A stretch of DNA of 62,965 nt, filler included, from Choristocarpus tenellus KU-1152 (Eukaryota > Protista > Phaeophyceae): assembly GCA_964200185.2 (NCBI GenBank). It is 12 parts of 12 records of this genome, joined end to end, with 100 filler letters (N's around TTAATTAATTAA, not from the genome) between each part and the next. Parts side by side here need not be neighbours in the genome. Positions count along the whole stretch, not along the records: positions 52,694 to 62,965 come from CAXNAD020003025.1; 11 more parts are not named here. One strand, written 5' to 3'. The notes under the pieces are model-generated. The model did not search any database and had not been told where the DNA came from. It was given only the letters and a program-made list of their open reading frames with translations. The position numbers and the translations under genes are program-made. Shown piece after piece: positions 61,795 to 62,965 of this stretch. The stretch's first letter is position 1, and each line of letters starts with the position of its first letter.

Positions 61795-61975
61795 TTTCTA
61801 TTTACTATTTTACTACCAGCTATTATACTACACCACTCCCCTCCTATAATACCCCCAACCTAGTTTAGCCCTGCACCCCAGGGCGAGGACCTAGGGAAGC
61901 ATCCCAAGAATCTGACAGGCCCCTCCTTTCTTGCCCATCTCCCCGGTGTTTCCAAGCTTTAAACGCATGACAAGT
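61795..61975 (-). mobile_element. Short CRE-like 3' fragment
   Basis: CCAACCTAG.TTAG.CCTGCACC...CTAGG.AAGCATC.CAAGAAT...GCCCATCTCCC matches 1165-1275. Confidence 0.8.
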
Positions 61976-62271
61976 CTTTATGTATAATGTATTCTCCTAC
62001 CCAGCTTGGGTTTATTTTGTCTTTAATTTCTATTTTGTAAGTATGGTAGTACGGAATTGGTATACTACCACAACTACGGTAGACCCACCTCTACACTCTA
62101 CAACAACAATGGACTCTGAATGATATCATAATTCACGTTTCAAACCATCCAGTTTGGCCTGACCAACCTTAAGCTCAGGTCGGCTAAAACTGAGATCAGT
62201 CCAGGTCTTAAGTATGACCCTGCTAAATAAACATCCGCAGCTCTCGTCTGGCCCTTTTCAGATAACCTCCT

Positions 62272-62530
62272 GACCCAAACCGATAGAGAGGTAGACAGCT
62301 TTAGACCCTGTTGCATTCTAAGCCATGTTTGTTACCCTGTGCAATGTGCCCTATTTCATGACTTTATGTCCACAATAGTGTATGAAAAATCGATGTTCCC
62401 CCTATCCACACACAGTTCGACACTACAATTCAGCAGAGCCTCCTCCTACAATTGCACAAAATTGAATATTTTGCCTTTTCTCGCTATCCTTCAAATGCAA
62501 CCCTGCCCTTATTCTCAGTTGGTTTGACTC
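62272..62530. mobile_element. MITE family C copy
   Basis: GACCCAAACCGA...TTGGTTTGACTC; collinear with 18669-18928. Confidence 0.8.
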
Positions 62531-62965
62531 CCTTCCTGACTATGCTGGCTCGCACCCTATATCTGTCGCACTTACCTGGTTCTGAGTGAACCTCCGCAAT
62601 TTCGGAGGGGGGGTGGAGTGCAATTACAATTTTTCCCCCTCATTGATTTAGACGAACATGCAATTGTAGAAACCCTGTATTAAATTAAATACATGTCCCT
62701 CGGCAGGTAGGGCTTCACTCCGTCTATTTTGCTCCCGTATCCCACTTTTCTTTGCTGCTATTATACCAGGGTAGGTGAAGGTAGGGGGGAAGAGATGTTG
62801 AGTCCTAATAACGAACTGGAAACTTTCCTGAAAGATAGATTTCTGCTCGGCAGATCCCCTATTCCGATATCAATCAAACCCCTCAATAGATACAATGATA
62901 CGTTCCTCAATGACATGCTCCAGATGAACCAGAGGCTCAAAGTATCTGGGGGGGGGGGTTGGCGG

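Noticed and set aside
62148-62195. Imperfect hairpin CAGTTTGGCCTGACC...GGTCGGCTAAAACTG as an ncRNA or Helitron end
   Set aside because: Short, imperfect, single copy in the window, with no supporting context.

Overview
This is eukaryotic, intron-rich and transposon-rich DNA, most likely from a brown alga or related stramenopile (an inference from gene content, TE families and interstitial CCCTAA repeats). It is not one locus. Twelve contigs are joined by an artificial 100-nt linker (N44-TTAATTAATTAA-N44), so adjacency across linkers means nothing. Host genes: a complete 8-exon RING-H2 E3 ligase with three SAP-like repeats (- strand, 54853-61073), the last two exons of axonemal dynein light chain p28/DNALI1, exons of two unidentified genes, a contig-long low-complexity ORF, and tRNA-Gly(GCC). 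The rest is mostly TE debris: CRE-like RLE retrotransposons, an RTE LINE, two plant-mariner-like (DD39D-related) transposons, a Stowaway-ended fold-back element, a probable piggyBac relic, a solo LTR and three MITE families, one with demonstrable 4-bp TSDs. The most striking item is a spliced 7-exon ParB/Srx + HTH gene, now disabled (48550-51722, - strand). Its last visible exon resembles the start of a beta-class amino-methyltransferase. Next are two independent mariner fold-backs that could make hairpin RNA against transposase sequence. All calls come from manual reading and translation; no database searches were run.
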